Assembly (NCBI GenBank): GCA_964590575.1
Contig: CAZPWM010000065.1
Coordinates: forward strand, 1 to 17,545
Length of the DNA stretch: 17,545 bases
Direction: 5' to 3'
Origin: an uncultured archaeon
Lineage (GTDB): Archaea; Asgardarchaeota; Thorarchaeia; Thorarchaeales; Thorarchaeaceae
Below the pieces are notes generated by a model. The model saw only the letters and a list, made by a program, of their open reading frames with translations, did no database searches and was not told the DNA's origin. A program made the position numbers and the translations under genes. Position 1 is the first letter of the stretch. Each line of letters begins with the position of its first letter. Positions 16,206 to 17,545 of this stretch are shown piece by piece.

Positions 16206-17545
16206 TCACTTAGGGAGATAATCTTCAACTTGGCGTATGTCCTGTTCACGTAACCTACTTCTTGAAAGACTGGAACTAAGTATTGTACTAAGTATAGAGG
16301 TTTCTTTCAATAGCTCACGTGAAAGGTATGCTCGACCACCTGCTGCTCTAGCGACAAGATAAGCACCAAATGTCTTTCGAAATTCATCAACCATGAGGAT
16401 GGTTTCAATAGGGTCATGCAGTCCTTCCTTTTTCATCCTTAGCATGGAAGCTAACTCAAGGGCTTCGTGATATGGACGTTTTAAGAACTGCGGCCATTTC
16501 GACTGTTCTGGATCAACATTCACTGCAGCTAACCGCACTTTTGCTTTCCTGACCAAACGTGCGGTGCGGACTAGGTCTTGAACTGGAGTGAATCTATCAT
16601 GACCAGGACCAACGGATTGAGCAAGTGGGATATTTGGAGAGAAATCTGAAATAAGTATCAGGAGTGGTTCGATGTCATTATTCCTCATTCGTTCTCGTCG
16701 AATAGTTTCAAGCGACTTCTTCAGTGCTTCTGCCAGTGGTGTAAGTCCAGAAATCTTCAATCTGCCTAATGCACGATAGATCTTATTCCAGTTTGTTGTT
16801 GGTGCCTGTATCTCAACTGCGCCACTATCCTTGAATGCGACAATTCCAGTACGGTCTTTGGACCCCCGGGTTTCACTCTCTAAGCGTTCTAGAAATTCTC
16901 GAACTTGGTCCATGCTCCCTTTCATTGATAGACTTACATCGATAACTAGAATGATTGTCAATGGAGTCCTACCTGTGAACACACTTTCGCGAAGATCAGC
17001 TTTTGTGATTTCTATGGAACCCCCGGATGTGAAACCGGTTCGTGCAACAGCAGCCAGTACAGTGGATGGAATATGAAGACTTCCAGGTTCTCTGGTAGGA
17101 ATTCGTGACCGAATAGGTCTGCCATGTTTCATTGTGTCGGATGACTTCAGAGACCCGGCTGCTCTAGAGCTAACTCTCTTTTTTACCCAACCTCCTGATG
17201 AAACCCGAGCTCGAATCATCGCTCTCTTTCTTAGCTTATCAAGGTCGAATAGCTCTTCTCCGGTGTCGATGTCAGGCATCTTAACAAAGAAGCTATCTGC
17301 CAAACCAAAGGGAGCTTCTCTTATCTCTGATTTCGAACCAGACACCATATCGGGAGTCTGAGGTGTATAAGGTCTCGTGGCTAAACCCCATTCATCACCA
17401 GGCTCTGGTTTTCCACCCCCAGGTTCTACTGTGTCAATACCAGCAGCAGGTCCACTGTTTCTTCGTGTCATAACATTAAGCCATTTTCTCACGAGATACC
17501 AAATCACGGGTGTAATGACTATTGTGTCGATAATCAGAGCGGGTG
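16206..17545 (-). CDS. vWA (MIDAS) domain protein, ChlD/BchD C-terminal-like, with an upstream hydrophobic segment; 5'-truncated by the window
   Basis: VIDVSLSM (DxSxS), GLTPLA, LISD. The frame stays open to the window edge (PALIIDTIVITPVIWYLVRK...), so 17507 is probably not the real start. Confidence 0.85.
   Translation of the reverse strand, partial: PALIIDTIVITPVIWYLVRKWLNVMTRRNSGPAAGIDTVEPGGGKPEPGDEWGLATRPYTPQTPDMVSGSKSEIREAPFGLADSFFVKMPDIDTGEELFDLDKLRKRAMIRARVSSGGWVKKRVSSRAAGSLKSSDTMKHGRPIRSRIPTREPGSLHIPSTVLAAVARTGFTSGGSIEITKADLRESVFTGRTPLTIILVIDVSLSMKGSMDQVREFLERLESETRGSKDRTGIVAFKDSGAVEIQAPTTNWNKIYRALGRLKISGLTPLAEALKKSLETIRRERMRNNDIEPLLILISDFSPNIPLAQSVGPGHDRFTPVQDLVRTARLVRKAKVRLAAVNVDPEQSKWPQFLKRPYHEALELASMLRMKKEGLHDPIETILMVDEFRKTFGAYLVARAAGGRAYLSRELLKETSILSTILSSSLSRSRLREQDIRQVEDYLPK

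Noticed and set aside
10012-17361. Remaining short overlapping ORFs in the track (e.g. 10012-10395, 12942-13379, 15502-15786, 16831-17076)
   Set aside because: They lie antisense or out of frame within well-supported genes and have no motifs.

Overview
Gene-dense archaeal chromosomal window with 21 CDS. I saw no rRNA, tRNA, CRISPR array or mobile element. Gene content and style (GAGGTGA/GGAGG RBS, frequent GTG starts, tungsten AOR, DUF123, PAC2-like protein, histone) indicate an archaeon; Asgard/Thorarchaeia is my unverified inference. Recognisable genes are an MBL hydrolase, a DUF123 GIY-YIG protein, a ferredoxin+AOR pair, ilvE, gdhA, a PAC2-like chaperone, a divergent PRPP-synthetase-like protein, a nucleoside phosphorylase, surE, an AIR-synthase (PurM/HypE)-family protein and a 5'-truncated vWA protein. 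Main points of interest: (1) a 56-aa alpha3-truncated histone (13938-14108) missing from the ORF track, divergent from a membrane-anchored HhH protein across a palindrome-rich spacer; (2) a highly structured, switch-like RNA leader (about 16020-16150, minus strand) upstream of the AIR-synthase-family gene that matches no riboswitch I recognise; (3) a tandem PH/GRAM-like plus Zn-finger protein; (4) an internally duplicated CdvA/SHOCT-like coiled-coil protein; (5) a motif-degenerate Prs near nucleoside-salvage genes.
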